From Escherichia coli (lineage in GTDB: Bacteria; Pseudomonadota; Gammaproteobacteria; Enterobacterales; Enterobacteriaceae), in NCBI RefSeq assembly GCF_041248615.1, contig NZ_CP158426.1: 64,000 bases of DNA. The stretch is one strand, 5' to 3'. Each line of letters begins with the position of its first letter. The first letter of the stretch is position 1. The notes below the pieces were generated by a model. That model had not been told where the DNA came from. It did no database searches and worked only from the letters and a program-made list of their open reading frames with translations. Both the position numbers and the translations under genes were made by a program. This document shows positions 12,030 to 21,871 of the stretch, one piece after another.

Positions 12030-12997
12030 AGCAGACTCCGGTTCTGATGCTGACTCCACGCCGTGGCACTAATGCTGGCAACGATGATGATGCCGGTGAT
12101 CAATGTTTGCCAGTAAGACGAGACTCCCAATAAATTTAGCCCGTTTTGCATCACTGCCAACAACACCACGCCGAGCAAAGTACCGGTTAACGTGCCGCGC
12201 CCGCCGAGCAAACTAGTGCCGCCAAGCACCACCGCAGCCAGTACTGTCAGCTCATAACCCAGAAGAGAATCGGGGGCGACAGTCATCACCGTCCACGACT
12301 GCACTACACCCGCAGCACCAGACATCAATCCCATATAGCCGTAGACGAAAAGTTGCAGTTTCAGCACGCTAAAGCCGATGCGACTGGCTGATTCGCGGTT
12401 CCCGCCAAGGGCATAAATTTTGCGCCCTACACTGGTGAAATTCATGATAAACGCTGTTAGCAGCACCACCGTAATCATGGCGATCAGCGGCAGACCAAGG
12501 CCATAGTCATAGCCATCAGCATCGGTGTACTTGAACAACATAACCCCCTGCTCAAACCACGGCGGAAAGTCGTACAGCCACACACCTTTACTCAACCATA
12601 ACAGCAGGCCATAGAAAATATTCAGCGTCGAGATAGTGATGATGATAGACGGCACCCGTAGGCGATTAACCAGTAAGGCGTTTATTAAGCCAAGTAAAAT
12701 GCCGATGCCGCCCGCCAGGGCAAACGCGACAGCAAAGTTGCCACCAATTTTTTGCAGCAACAGCACCATGCCGTATTGCGCAATGATGGTCATTGCCGGA
12801 AACGAAATATCAATCCCACCGGAAATTAACACCACAAACAAACCACAGGCGAGAATAGTCAACATGGCATAGTTATTGGCGAGATCGTACAAATTACCGA
12901 ATGTCAGAAACTCGTCGCTGCGCCAGGCAAGGCCAACAAACAGCACCACAATCAGTAATGCCAGCCAGAATTCATGGCGTTTTTTCAGTTCAGCCAT
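12026..12997 (-). CDS. ABC transporter permease (CUT2 sugar-type)
   Basis: 323-aa membrane ORF; start overlaps ATPase stop by 8 nt. Confidence 0.8.
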   Translation of the reverse strand: MAELKKRHEFWLALLIVVLFVGLAWRSDEFLTFGNLYDLANNYAMLTILACGLFVVLISGGIDISFPAMTIIAQYGMVLLLQKIGGNFAVAFALAGGIGILLGLINALLVNRLRVPSIIITISTLNIFYGLLLWLSKGVWLYDFPPWFEQGVMLFKYTDADGYDYGLGLPLIAMITVVLLTAFIMNFTSVGRKIYALGGNRESASRIGFSVLKLQLFVYGYMGLMSGAAGVVQSWTVMTVAPDSLLGYELTVLAAVVLGGTSLLGGRGTLTGTLLGVVLLAVMQNGLNLLGVSSYWQTLITGIIIVASISATAWSQHQNRSLL

Positions 12998-14489
12998 TTA
13001 CCACCTCCGCAATCCTGGCCTGAGAACTGCTGTCAGGCAGGAAGCTATGGGTGATCTGACCTTTTTGCATTACCAAAATCCGGTGGCTTTGATACCACGC
13101 TTCTTCAATTTCATCGCAGATCATCAATACCGCAATGCCATGAGCCGCCAGATCGCTGATAATGCCGTATATTCCTGCTTTGTTGGCGATATCAACACCG
13201 ACAGTCGGGCTATCGAGAATCAACAGTCGTGGCCCAATCGCCAGCCATTTGGCGATCGATACTCGCTGCGCGTTACCCCCGGAAAGCGTATTCACCGGGA
13301 GATGTGGGTCAGAGACTTTGATGGTCAATGCCTTGATTAGCCTGTCCACCAGGTCACGCACTTTAGCTTCACTCAGAAAGCCGAAGCGATCTTTTACCTT
13401 GTGAAAAACAGTGCTAATGATGTTGTCTTCAATAGATTGCGCCATCACCAAACCGCGCGACATGCGATCTTCCGAAACATAACCAATACCGTGGCGGATG
13501 GCGTCCTGGTTACTATGCAGTGTAACCGGCTGACCGTTGATGAGGATCTCACCAGCATCCGGTCGGGTCATACCAAACAGACTCAGACATAATTCCGTGC
13601 GCCCCGCACCAAGCAGGCCAACAATCGACACCACTTCGCCCGCTTCCACCCGCAAGTTAATATTTTGATATTCCCCATGACGACTTAAATTACGCACCTC
13701 CAGCACCGGGGGGCTGGATTTTCCCTGCCACAACTCTCGTACCTGATATTCGAACTCCTGGCCGGTCATCAGAAAACTGAGTTGTTTTGTGGTCATCTCT
13801 GCGGCCGGAAAGGTCCCGACCAGCTCACCATCTTTCAGCACTGAAATACGGTCGGAAACTTCCATCACTTCTTCCAGACGATGACTGACGAAGACCACGC
13901 AGATCCCGCGTTCCCGCAATTGATGCACCACCTGTAATAACCCTTGCACTTCCTGATGGGTCAGCGAAGCGGTTGGTTCATCCATCACGATCAACCGTGC
14001 GTCCTGCGCCAGTGCACGGCAAATTGCCACCAGCTGACAGCGGGCAATTGAAAGCTCAGAAACGAGCGTATCCAGTGGCAATGTGACGTTAATACTGGTC
14101 ATTGCCGCCTGCGCCACCTCACGCAGACGACGGCGGTTAACAAACAGACCGTGGTGATAGTGGTTCACGGCGATATTCTCCCAGACACTCAGGTTAGGAA
14201 ATAAAGAGAGGTCCTGATAAATCACCTGAATCCCCTGCGCCACCGAAGCGGCGGGTGTCAGCTTTGACCAGTTTTTCCCACCAAGCGTAATTTCCGCCCC
14301 CTCATCCGGGCGATAAACACCGGACATAATTTTAATCAACGTCGATTTACCACAGCCGTTTTGCCCGGCAAGGCAGTGCACCTCACCCGACATAAAGTCG
14401 AGAGAAACATCGCGCAGCGCTCGCGTGGCATGAAACGTTTTGTTGATATGACGAAGGGAAAGGAAGGTTTCCATAGCATCCCCTGGCAA
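12990..14489 (-). CDS. ABC transporter ATP-binding protein with two fused ABC domains
   Basis: 499 aa; Walker A GQNGCGKST and second P-loop GLLGAGRTE; signature LSGGNAQRV; alternative start METFLSL at 14474. Confidence 0.85.
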   Translation of the reverse strand: MPGDAMETFLSLRHINKTFHATRALRDVSLDFMSGEVHCLAGQNGCGKSTLIKIMSGVYRPDEGAEITLGGKNWSKLTPAASVAQGIQVIYQDLSLFPNLSVWENIAVNHYHHGLFVNRRRLREVAQAAMTSINVTLPLDTLVSELSIARCQLVAICRALAQDARLIVMDEPTASLTHQEVQGLLQVVHQLRERGICVVFVSHRLEEVMEVSDRISVLKDGELVGTFPAAEMTTKQLSFLMTGQEFEYQVRELWQGKSSPPVLEVRNLSRHGEYQNINLRVEAGEVVSIVGLLGAGRTELCLSLFGMTRPDAGEILINGQPVTLHSNQDAIRHGIGYVSEDRMSRGLVMAQSIEDNIISTVFHKVKDRFGFLSEAKVRDLVDRLIKALTIKVSDPHLPVNTLSGGNAQRVSIAKWLAIGPRLLILDSPTVGVDIANKAGIYGIISDLAAHGIAVLMICDEIEEAWYQSHRILVMQKGQITHSFLPDSSSQARIAEVVNG

Positions 14490-14522
14490 TAAGAATCGGG
14501 GCTTTCGCCCCGAAGAAATGGA

Positions 14523-15509
14523 TTAATAAAGTGAGTCGATATTGTCTTTGTTGACCAGTAATACCTTATGGAAACGGATAATTCGCTTATCCATATCTAC
14601 GTCGGCCTTACCGAGATTCTCCATTTCTAATCCAGGTTTGATCTCTTCACCCTTCAGCAACGTGCTGGCGACGGCCGCGAGTGCGTAACCTGCAGAGGCC
14701 GGATCGTAAGTAATCCCTTCGGTGATATCACCACTTTTAATCAGTGATGCCGCCTGTGAAGGGATCATCATGCCATAGACTGCGACTTTATTTTTCGCCC
14801 GTTTCTCTTTCACTGCACGTCCCGCGCCAATCGGACCGTTTGAACCAAAGGAGACAACCGCTTTCAAGTCAGGATAGGTTTTCATGAGGTCCAGTGTGGT
14901 ACGACGTGAGTCATCCACACTCTCGGCAACCGGCATGCGGCGGGTAACTTCATGCATATCCGGGTAATGCTCTTTCTGGTATTTCACCAGCAAGTCAGCC
15001 CATAAGTTATGCTGCGGCACGGTCAAACTACCCACGTAAATCACATAGCCGCCCTTGCCACCCATGCGTTTCGCCATATGCTCAACATATTCAGCGGCAA
15101 ATTTTTCGTTATCAATGATTTCGATATCCCAGTTAGCACTTGGCTGACCGGGGGATTCGTTGGTCAGAACCACAATTCCGGCATCTCGCGCTTTTTTGAA
15201 TACCGGTTCCAGCACGTTGGCATCGTTTGGCACAATTGTAATTGCATTAACCTTACGGGCGATTAAATCCTCAATAATTTTAACCTGTTGCGGAGCATCA
15301 GTACTTGAAGGCCCCACCTGTGACGCATTAACACCAAAGGCTTTACCCGCCTCAACCACACCTTCGCCCATGCGATTAAACCACGGCATACCATCGACTT
15401 TAGAGATATTCACCACGACTTTTTCCGCTGCCTGGAGCGGCGCAGAAATTAGCGCAGCGCCTAATAACAGCGAAGACACCATATTGATAACAAAACGTTT
15501 ATTCATCAT
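14523..15509 (-). CDS. periplasmic solute-binding protein, LsrB-like
   Basis: 328 aa with signal peptide (ending LQA-AEK); resembles recalled LsrB along its length including C-terminal KDNID motif. Confidence 0.75.
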   Translation of the reverse strand: MMNKRFVINMVSSLLLGAALISAPLQAAEKVVVNISKVDGMPWFNRMGEGVVEAGKAFGVNASQVGPSSTDAPQQVKIIEDLIARKVNAITIVPNDANVLEPVFKKARDAGIVVLTNESPGQPSANWDIEIIDNEKFAAEYVEHMAKRMGGKGGYVIYVGSLTVPQHNLWADLLVKYQKEHYPDMHEVTRRMPVAESVDDSRRTTLDLMKTYPDLKAVVSFGSNGPIGAGRAVKEKRAKNKVAVYGMMIPSQAASLIKSGDITEGITYDPASAGYALAAVASTLLKGEEIKPGLEMENLGKADVDMDKRIIRFHKVLLVNKDNIDSLY

Positions 15510-15759
15510 TTCAGCCTCATTGCAGGGTAGTCAGGAAGTGTTCGCCCAAATTAGCGCGCTGGAGAGAATAAGAATTTTCGAATATTTTTATGCAGAATAA
15601 ACAGCCCTATTTCAGGCAGCTATTAAAAATTTGGTTATAAATATGGACAAAACGGGCAGTAACAATAAGTGTGACAATCATCACGTAAAAAATAGCAAAA
15701 TAAACAAAATTAGCGATACTTTATGTTTGTGAGCTTATTTCGCGTAGAAAAATAGTTAT

Positions 15760-16170
15760 CTACACAACGTCAATAAGGGCATATTCTTCAAAGATAACGT
15801 CCATTTCGGGTGAATAGCATCCTTCTGCCTGGAAAAAACGACGGTGTTCATTACGCCAATATTCAAGACTGAGGTCACCTTCACCTTCCTTACGGGCAAG
15901 CTCCGCGGTGACATCAGAAAAGCGCAGTAAATGCAGGCCAATCACTCTGATAACACAGACAGGCTCACCACGGCTATTTTCTACAATCTTATACTCACCA
16001 ATCAGCGGAAATGCGTTGTCTTCAATACATCCCGCCAGCGAACCACAGGAAGCTGTTTTAACACCAGTCGCAATCAACGTTGCGAGGTGATCGGCCAACG
16101 CTGCTGAATCGCCAAAAGTACAAAAGGAAGCATGGGGATATTTTTGTGAGATTTTTTCTTTTATGGTCAT
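15760..16170 (-). CDS. ASCH-domain (PUA-like) protein
   Basis: ORF 15760-16200; likely start MTIKEK at 16170; GxKT motif (ATGVKTAS) typical of ASCH domains. Confidence 0.55.
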   Translation of the reverse strand: MTIKEKISQKYPHASFCTFGDSAALADHLATLIATGVKTASCGSLAGCIEDNAFPLIGEYKIVENSRGEPVCVIRVIGLHLLRFSDVTAELARKEGEGDLSLEYWRNEHRRFFQAEGCYSPEMDVIFEEYALIDVV

Positions 16171-16468
16171 GAGAATATTTTCGCGATTACGGAAAAACAA
16201 ATCACATCTTAATTACTGTTGATAACCATCAGCAAGAGTATCATTGGTTTTTCGATACTGAATCTTTTTTATCCGAAGCAGGTCACATTTATGGCCTGAT
16301 AAATACCTTTGTTAAAACTCACTTTTGTGTATTTCTCTCAAATAATCCCCTGGAAATTATGCCGGGAGATTATAAAGTTCAGGATCATTCATTAACAAAC
16401 CATTCCCGCCCCACTCCCTGGGGCTTAAATCTCTTACGATTCACCGTTGCAGACATATCAAATGCGCA

Positions 16469-17851
16469 TCAACCTGCCACACTCCCCCACACCAGTTGCC
16501 CTTTATGGAACGTCGCCGTTCTCGGCGAGATACGCGCCACCGCCTCGGCGGAACAGGAGGCGTCCACCAGCACAAAGCTGGCGTCATCCTGCGCTTTGGG
16601 CCAGACGCGCTCGCCTTTTTCGTTGAGCGGCAATACATCGCCAGTGGCTAAAAACAGCGAACGGGACAAATTCTGTTCGTTAGGACGAATATAGAGCTGC
16701 GCGTAGAGATTGGCTTTTTCCAGCATGTCGCCCAGGCCGTAAGGCGACCAGTGGTCGATAACGCTGTCGGTGCCGGTCATCACTTTTACGCCTTTGTCGT
16801 GCAGTTGTTTAAGCGGCATATGTAGCGTGCCAATCGGCACCGTCGAGGCGATAGAAATTTGCTGCGCCGCCATCCGGTGCGCCAGTTCATCTACCTGTTG
16901 CTCATTGAGCGTTGCCAGCGCAAAGGCGTGGCTGATGGTCAGCTTGCCCTTCAGTTGCGGCGTTTTCTCCACCGTTTCAACCATATAATTGATGGCTGCC
17001 ACGCCTGCCGGAGTGGTTTCGTGCAGGTGAATATCAACGCCTTTGTCGTAGTCCAGCGCAATCTGGAACATGGTGTCGAGGGATTTTTCCATCGCGCCAT
17101 CAACACTGGTCGGGTCCAGCCCGCCGACGTAATGCGCCCCCGCCTGCATCGCTTCGCGCATTAAGGGTTCTGATTTCGACAGCAGCAAACCGTGCTGCGG
17201 GAAGGCGACAATTTCACACTCGAAGCCCGCCTGACGTCGCGCCAGAACCGCCTGCAAATTTTGCAGATTTTTCAGGCCGGAAACCGGTTCGATATTGCAG
17301 TGGCTGCGGGCAATGGTGGTGCCTTTCGATTGCAATAAATCGATCAGTTTTTCCGCCCGCTCCTGAGTATACGGTTGCAGTTCCGGCAGCATTTTCTGCT
17401 CAAGCTTAATCATGTCCTGGATGGTGGTGCCTGCCGGACGATTGAGCGAGCGCCACGGCCCGCCGTAAAAGGTTTTGTCGAGATGAATATGCATGTCGCG
17501 GGTAGTGGGCAGCATCAGCTTACCGCCAGCGTCATAGTGCGGCAGCGTGGCGTCCGGATGCTGCTTGTTCTCGCGCAGGGCAACAATTTTGCCGTTCTGA
17601 ATCTCTACGGTCTGGTGCGCCGTGCGGGTCTGTACTGCCACACCGTTTTCGTAGTCAAAACCGGTTTCCAGCAGCACGTTGTCGAGATAGTAGTGCGGGT
17701 CAGTGATTTTCATGGTGTTATTCGCGTCGCAATGGATTGTGCCAGAGACTGCCGCATGGGCGAGCGGCACAGAGGTACCAAACAGCGCGGCGGCGGTGAC
17801 CATCTTACCGCTCTGGCTCAGAAACTCACGGCGGCTATTGTTTTCTTTCAT
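16469..17851 (-). CDS. yahJ: metal-dependent amidohydrolase/deaminase with twin-arginine signal peptide
   Basis: 460 aa; N-terminus MKENNSRREFLSQSG...AHA (Tat motif SRREFL); amidohydrolase-superfamily HxH-type sequence. Confidence 0.85.
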   Translation of the reverse strand: MKENNSRREFLSQSGKMVTAAALFGTSVPLAHAAVSGTIHCDANNTMKITDPHYYLDNVLLETGFDYENGVAVQTRTAHQTVEIQNGKIVALRENKQHPDATLPHYDAGGKLMLPTTRDMHIHLDKTFYGGPWRSLNRPAGTTIQDMIKLEQKMLPELQPYTQERAEKLIDLLQSKGTTIARSHCNIEPVSGLKNLQNLQAVLARRQAGFECEIVAFPQHGLLLSKSEPLMREAMQAGAHYVGGLDPTSVDGAMEKSLDTMFQIALDYDKGVDIHLHETTPAGVAAINYMVETVEKTPQLKGKLTISHAFALATLNEQQVDELAHRMAAQQISIASTVPIGTLHMPLKQLHDKGVKVMTGTDSVIDHWSPYGLGDMLEKANLYAQLYIRPNEQNLSRSLFLATGDVLPLNEKGERVWPKAQDDASFVLVDASCSAEAVARISPRTATFHKGQLVWGSVAG

Positions 17852-17860
17852 CTTACGTCC

Positions 17861-18811
17861 TTACGTTTTAATAATATGGGTGCCCGTTTCACCACGCAGC
17901 GCCGCAGGCAGGCATTCCGGCGTGGTGATAATCACTTCTTTACCGCCCTGCTCCAGGAACGTCAGGCTGGCGATGATTTTTGGCAACATGCTGCCGGGTG
18001 GGAAATGCCCTTCCTGCATATAGCGGGTCATGGTGGCAATATCCACCCGATCCAGCGCCTGCTGCTGCGGCTTGCCAAAGTGAATACACACTTTTTCCAC
18101 GCCCGTGGTGATCACCAGAATGTCGGCGTGAATTTCGCGAGCCAGTAGCGCGGTAGAGAGATCTTTGTCGATAACCGCGTCCACGCTTTGGTAATCCCCC
18201 GCTTCAGTACGCACTACCGGAATTCCACCGCCGCCCGCGCCAATCACCACAAAGCCTTGCTGGATCAGCGCCTTAATGGCAGGTGCTTCGACAATACGTT
18301 TCGGTTCCGGCGAGGCGACCACGCGGCGATAGCCCCGTCCGGCATCTTCAACAAAACGCCAGTCAGGATTTGCCTTTTGTAATTCGTCACGCTGGCTGTC
18401 ACTAAAGAATGCGCCGATGGGCTTGGTGGGATGAGCAAATCCCGGATCGTTTTTATCCACTTCCACCTGAGTCACCACGGTGACGGCTTTTTTCTCGCCG
18501 TGACGCGCCAGCCGGTTGTTCAGCGCCTGCTGGATCAGATAGCCAATGCCGCCTTGCGTATCCGCCACACAGTTCGCCAGCGGCGTTAAGGGCAGCCCTT
18601 CGCGCTCGTGGGCAATCTCCGCGCGGCGTAAATCCAGCCCGACCTGCGGCCCGTTGCCGTGGGTCAGCACAATGTCGTAATCGGAAGCCAGCATTTCCAG
18701 CACCGTATCGGCGACGGCCTTCACCGCCTCCGCCTGATGCTCAATCGACTGGCTGGCGTTATCTTTGATAATGCTGTTGCCACCAATGGCAACGACCACA
18801 AGCTCTTTCAT
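17861..18811 (-). CDS. yahI: carbamate kinase-like protein
   Basis: ORF 17861-18985; conserved start MKELVVVAIGGNS at 18811 gives 316 aa; amino-acid kinase fold motifs. Confidence 0.85.
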   Translation of the reverse strand: MKELVVVAIGGNSIIKDNASQSIEHQAEAVKAVADTVLEMLASDYDIVLTHGNGPQVGLDLRRAEIAHEREGLPLTPLANCVADTQGGIGYLIQQALNNRLARHGEKKAVTVVTQVEVDKNDPGFAHPTKPIGAFFSDSQRDELQKANPDWRFVEDAGRGYRRVVASPEPKRIVEAPAIKALIQQGFVVIGAGGGGIPVVRTEAGDYQSVDAVIDKDLSTALLAREIHADILVITTGVEKVCIHFGKPQQQALDRVDIATMTRYMQEGHFPPGSMLPKIIASLTFLEQGGKEVIITTPECLPAALRGETGTHIIKT

Positions 18812-18905
18812 GTTGTTATGTCCGCTACAGAGGGTGATGGGGTTATGAGAGTGAGGTTGCCCCTCTCCCCAGAAGGGAGAAGGGATCGTAAGGTGCGTTT
18901 GCAGG

Positions 18906-20324
18906 TCAGACGCCGTAACGTTCGCACCAGCCGAGAATGGCTTTCTCGAAGCAGGCGAATGGTGGATGCACAATGCCCGCACCAATCATGCCGACGCCCG
19001 CATCTTTATGGGCGATGGCGGTGTTGATCACCGGCAGAATGCCGCTGCTGCCCACGCGGGTGATGTCGATTGCCGACGGCACGCCCATAAAACCGAGCAG
19101 CGGAATGGTGACGTTGGGGTTTTCACCGAGAGTGATTTCACGCATCTGGCGGGAGAAATCGATAGCCTCTTCCACCGTACCGCCCACCAGCGCGACGATC
19201 GCGGGCGCGGTCGCCATGGCAAATCCGCCAATGCCGTAGGTTTCAGTGATGGCGCTGTCGCCGATATCCAGCCCCGAATCTTCCGGCTTATAACCGGCAA
19301 ACATCGGCCCGATCACCTGCTGCGCCGGACCGGTAAACCATTGCCCCGGTAATCCGCTGACCCGCAGGCCGAACTCGACGCCGTTACGCGCCATGGTGGT
19401 GACCACGGTGCTGTATTCGATGCCGTGCGCCGCATCCATCGCCGCTTTACACATCGCCATCCACGTCGGGCCGGAGAAGTAGTCGCTGCTGGCGACAAAC
19501 TCAAACACTTCGCGCTGTTGCTCGACGGAATAACCCGCCTGAATAATCCCCTGCGTCAGCGCCTGAATCAGCAACGTCGTCCCGGCGTTATTGCGGTTAT
19601 GGCATTCATCGCCCATATGCAGCGCCTGCGCCAGCATTAAGCGCAGATCGATTTCGCCGATAATTTTCATCGCGTCGCGCAGCATTGGCCCCTGCACATC
19701 GCGCATCCAGTTGAGGCGGTCAATCACGCTCTGGTCGTTAGCGCCCATACGCAAAATCTTCGCCATCTGCTCGCTCATATTGGTGTAAGCGATGTTGCCG
19801 TAGGTTTTGTTTTTTACGATGTGCATAAACATCGAGGCCGAGGTAACACCCGCCATCGAACCCACGCAGTCGTGCTCGTGGCACGGCGAGAAGGTGATCT
19901 CCCCGGAGGCCGCCAGTTCAGCCGCCTCATCGAGATCTTTCGCCAGCCCTTCGAACACCAGCGCTCCGGTGACCGCGCCTTTCATCGCGCCACACATTTT
20001 TTCCCAGGTGATCGGCGGTCCGGCGTGAAGAATGGTTTTCGGCGTCATACCCGGCACCACGTTAATCGCCTGATCAAAACCAATCAGCACCGGATGCGAC
20101 TGGATAATGCGCTCCAAAGCCTGCTGGTTAGCGGCGGCGATTTTGTCTGCCAGCGGCGAATCGGCAATGTTATCCAGCGCCTGCACCACCTGCATATTGC
20201 CCTGCCCCGGCGGCGTCCAGTCGAGTTGAGTCACTTCTACATGCTGCTTTTTCAGGTCATCGCTAAACATGGCGATGCCGACGTTAATAACGTTCAATGG
20301 TTGGCTAAACAGTGACTGGCTCAT
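18906..20324 (-). CDS. yahG: DUF1116 protein (YlbE paralog)
   Basis: 472-aa ORF; start shares one nt with yahF stop. Confidence 0.8.
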   Translation of the reverse strand: MSQSLFSQPLNVINVGIAMFSDDLKKQHVEVTQLDWTPPGQGNMQVVQALDNIADSPLADKIAAANQQALERIIQSHPVLIGFDQAINVVPGMTPKTILHAGPPITWEKMCGAMKGAVTGALVFEGLAKDLDEAAELAASGEITFSPCHEHDCVGSMAGVTSASMFMHIVKNKTYGNIAYTNMSEQMAKILRMGANDQSVIDRLNWMRDVQGPMLRDAMKIIGEIDLRLMLAQALHMGDECHNRNNAGTTLLIQALTQGIIQAGYSVEQQREVFEFVASSDYFSGPTWMAMCKAAMDAAHGIEYSTVVTTMARNGVEFGLRVSGLPGQWFTGPAQQVIGPMFAGYKPEDSGLDIGDSAITETYGIGGFAMATAPAIVALVGGTVEEAIDFSRQMREITLGENPNVTIPLLGFMGVPSAIDITRVGSSGILPVINTAIAHKDAGVGMIGAGIVHPPFACFEKAILGWCERYGV

Positions 20325-21871
20325 CAGGCTTCCTCCCCTTTGCAGATAAATTCACGCGCCAGCAATCCGGTATTGGTGCTGCTGCTGGCCAGAATCACTC
20401 CGGCATCAAGCAACATCTGGCTTTGTTGTTCTAACGATGGCGTATCAAGATCGGTACCCAGCACATAGGCGAGAATGATCAACTCACGTCCTTCGGCAGC
20501 GGCGATCGCTTTCGCCTCTTTGATCGCCTCGATGGTGGAACCGACCGGATCTTCATGCGATCCAAACCCGAGCACAAAATCCATCACGATCACCGCCACT
20601 TCTGGATCGCGCGCCTCTTCGATCAAGCGGCTGATACGGTTGGTGGGGTCAATCATTGGATGCGGCTTGCCGTTGGTGAAGTCGTCATCGCCAAAGTCGA
20701 GGAAGGTGTGTTTGATGCTGCGGTTGATATCTTGCAGGCGGAATTCAGGATCGGGCTGAATGTTGCTGTAGACATCGCCATGTTTTTCCATCACCGCGAA
20801 CATGGTTTCGTCACACAGCGTGCCGCCGCAGAACAGGCCACGAATGTATTTCTGCTGCGGTTGCAGACGCGCACGCACATCCGCAATCAACGGCTGGTTC
20901 AGGGTATGCAAGTCGAGATGTTCTTGTTTCACACCGGAGAGCATCACCGCTTTTAGTGCCGCCTCTTTGGTGCCGCGAGCAAACTGTAGCCCCTGCTCAT
21001 CCACTGGCGTTTCGCCACGACCGAGGAAGCAGACCACCACTGGCTTACGGCAGGCGCGTGCGCGTTCCAGCACTTTGCGGGCCACCGCAGGCGCTGGCGG
21101 TTTGGAGATAAGCACAATGATTTCAGTTTGCGGATCGTTTTCCAGCATCCCGATAGCGTCGAGCATCATCAGGCCGCCGATTTTCTCGCTCAGGTCGCGC
21201 CCGCCGGTGCCAATCAGTTGCGAAACGCCGCCGCCAAATTCATGAATGCGGACGCTCAGTTCCTGGCTACCGGTGCCGGATGCGCCAACAATACCGATGT
21301 TGCCACGACGCACGGCGTTACCAAAGCAGAGCGCCGCGCCGTTGATAATCGCCGTACCGCAGTCTGGCCCCATCATCAGCAGCCCTTTTTCGTGGGCCAA
21401 CTGTTTGAGCGCCAGTTCATCTTCAACTGAGACGTTATCGGAAAACAGCATCACGTTAAGATCGTTTTGCAGCGCCTGACGCGCTTCGCGAGCGGCAAAC
21501 AGACCGTTGACCGAAATCACCGCCAGGTTACTTTCCGGGATATGCTTTTTGGCGCTGGCAATAGTGGCATAGCGTGCTTCATGTGAACCAGTTTGAGCTT
21601 TGGTGTTGAACAGTTCTTCAATCTCCACCAGCAACTGCTCGTTGTCTGCGCCCGCTTTGCCGTTGATGACAATCATCAGGTCGCCGTTTTTCGCCTGCTC
21701 CAGTTCCGGCGTCAGCAGCCCTAAATTCTTCAGCACGCCTTTGTTCATTTCGGTCGCCATCGCCACAAATGCCTGCTCGACGCCGTCGAGTTTATTTGCA
21801 CGCGTGGAGATAGACATCAGCGAGACAGAATCAAAATAGGTATTCGGTTTAATGACTATTTTAACTGACAT
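20324..21871 (-). CDS. yahF: FdrA-like protein (succinyl-CoA synthetase alpha / CoA-binding fold)
   Basis: 515-aa ORF; glycine-rich CoA-binding-like segments; overlaps yahE by 11 nt. Confidence 0.8.
   Translation of the reverse strand: MSVKIVIKPNTYFDSVSLMSISTRANKLDGVEQAFVAMATEMNKGVLKNLGLLTPELEQAKNGDLMIVINGKAGADNEQLLVEIEELFNTKAQTGSHEARYATIASAKKHIPESNLAVISVNGLFAAREARQALQNDLNVMLFSDNVSVEDELALKQLAHEKGLLMMGPDCGTAIINGAALCFGNAVRRGNIGIVGASGTGSQELSVRIHEFGGGVSQLIGTGGRDLSEKIGGLMMLDAIGMLENDPQTEIIVLISKPPAPAVARKVLERARACRKPVVVCFLGRGETPVDEQGLQFARGTKEAALKAVMLSGVKQEHLDLHTLNQPLIADVRARLQPQQKYIRGLFCGGTLCDETMFAVMEKHGDVYSNIQPDPEFRLQDINRSIKHTFLDFGDDDFTNGKPHPMIDPTNRISRLIEEARDPEVAVIVMDFVLGFGSHEDPVGSTIEAIKEAKAIAAAEGRELIILAYVLGTDLDTPSLEQQSQMLLDAGVILASSSTNTGLLAREFICKGEEA

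Noticed and set aside
17375-18148. 257-aa plus-strand ORF antisense to yahJ/yahI
   Set aside because: Lies entirely antisense to two well-supported genes, is rich in Arg/His/Gln from GC-rich antisense codons, and has no SD.
18830-18890. GC-rich imperfect palindrome (CCCCTCTCCCC...GGGAGAAGGG) between yahG and yahI, possible REP-like element or small gene (yahH position)
   Set aside because: Arms are not properly complementary (two or more mismatches in 8 nt) and I could not match it to a REP consensus.
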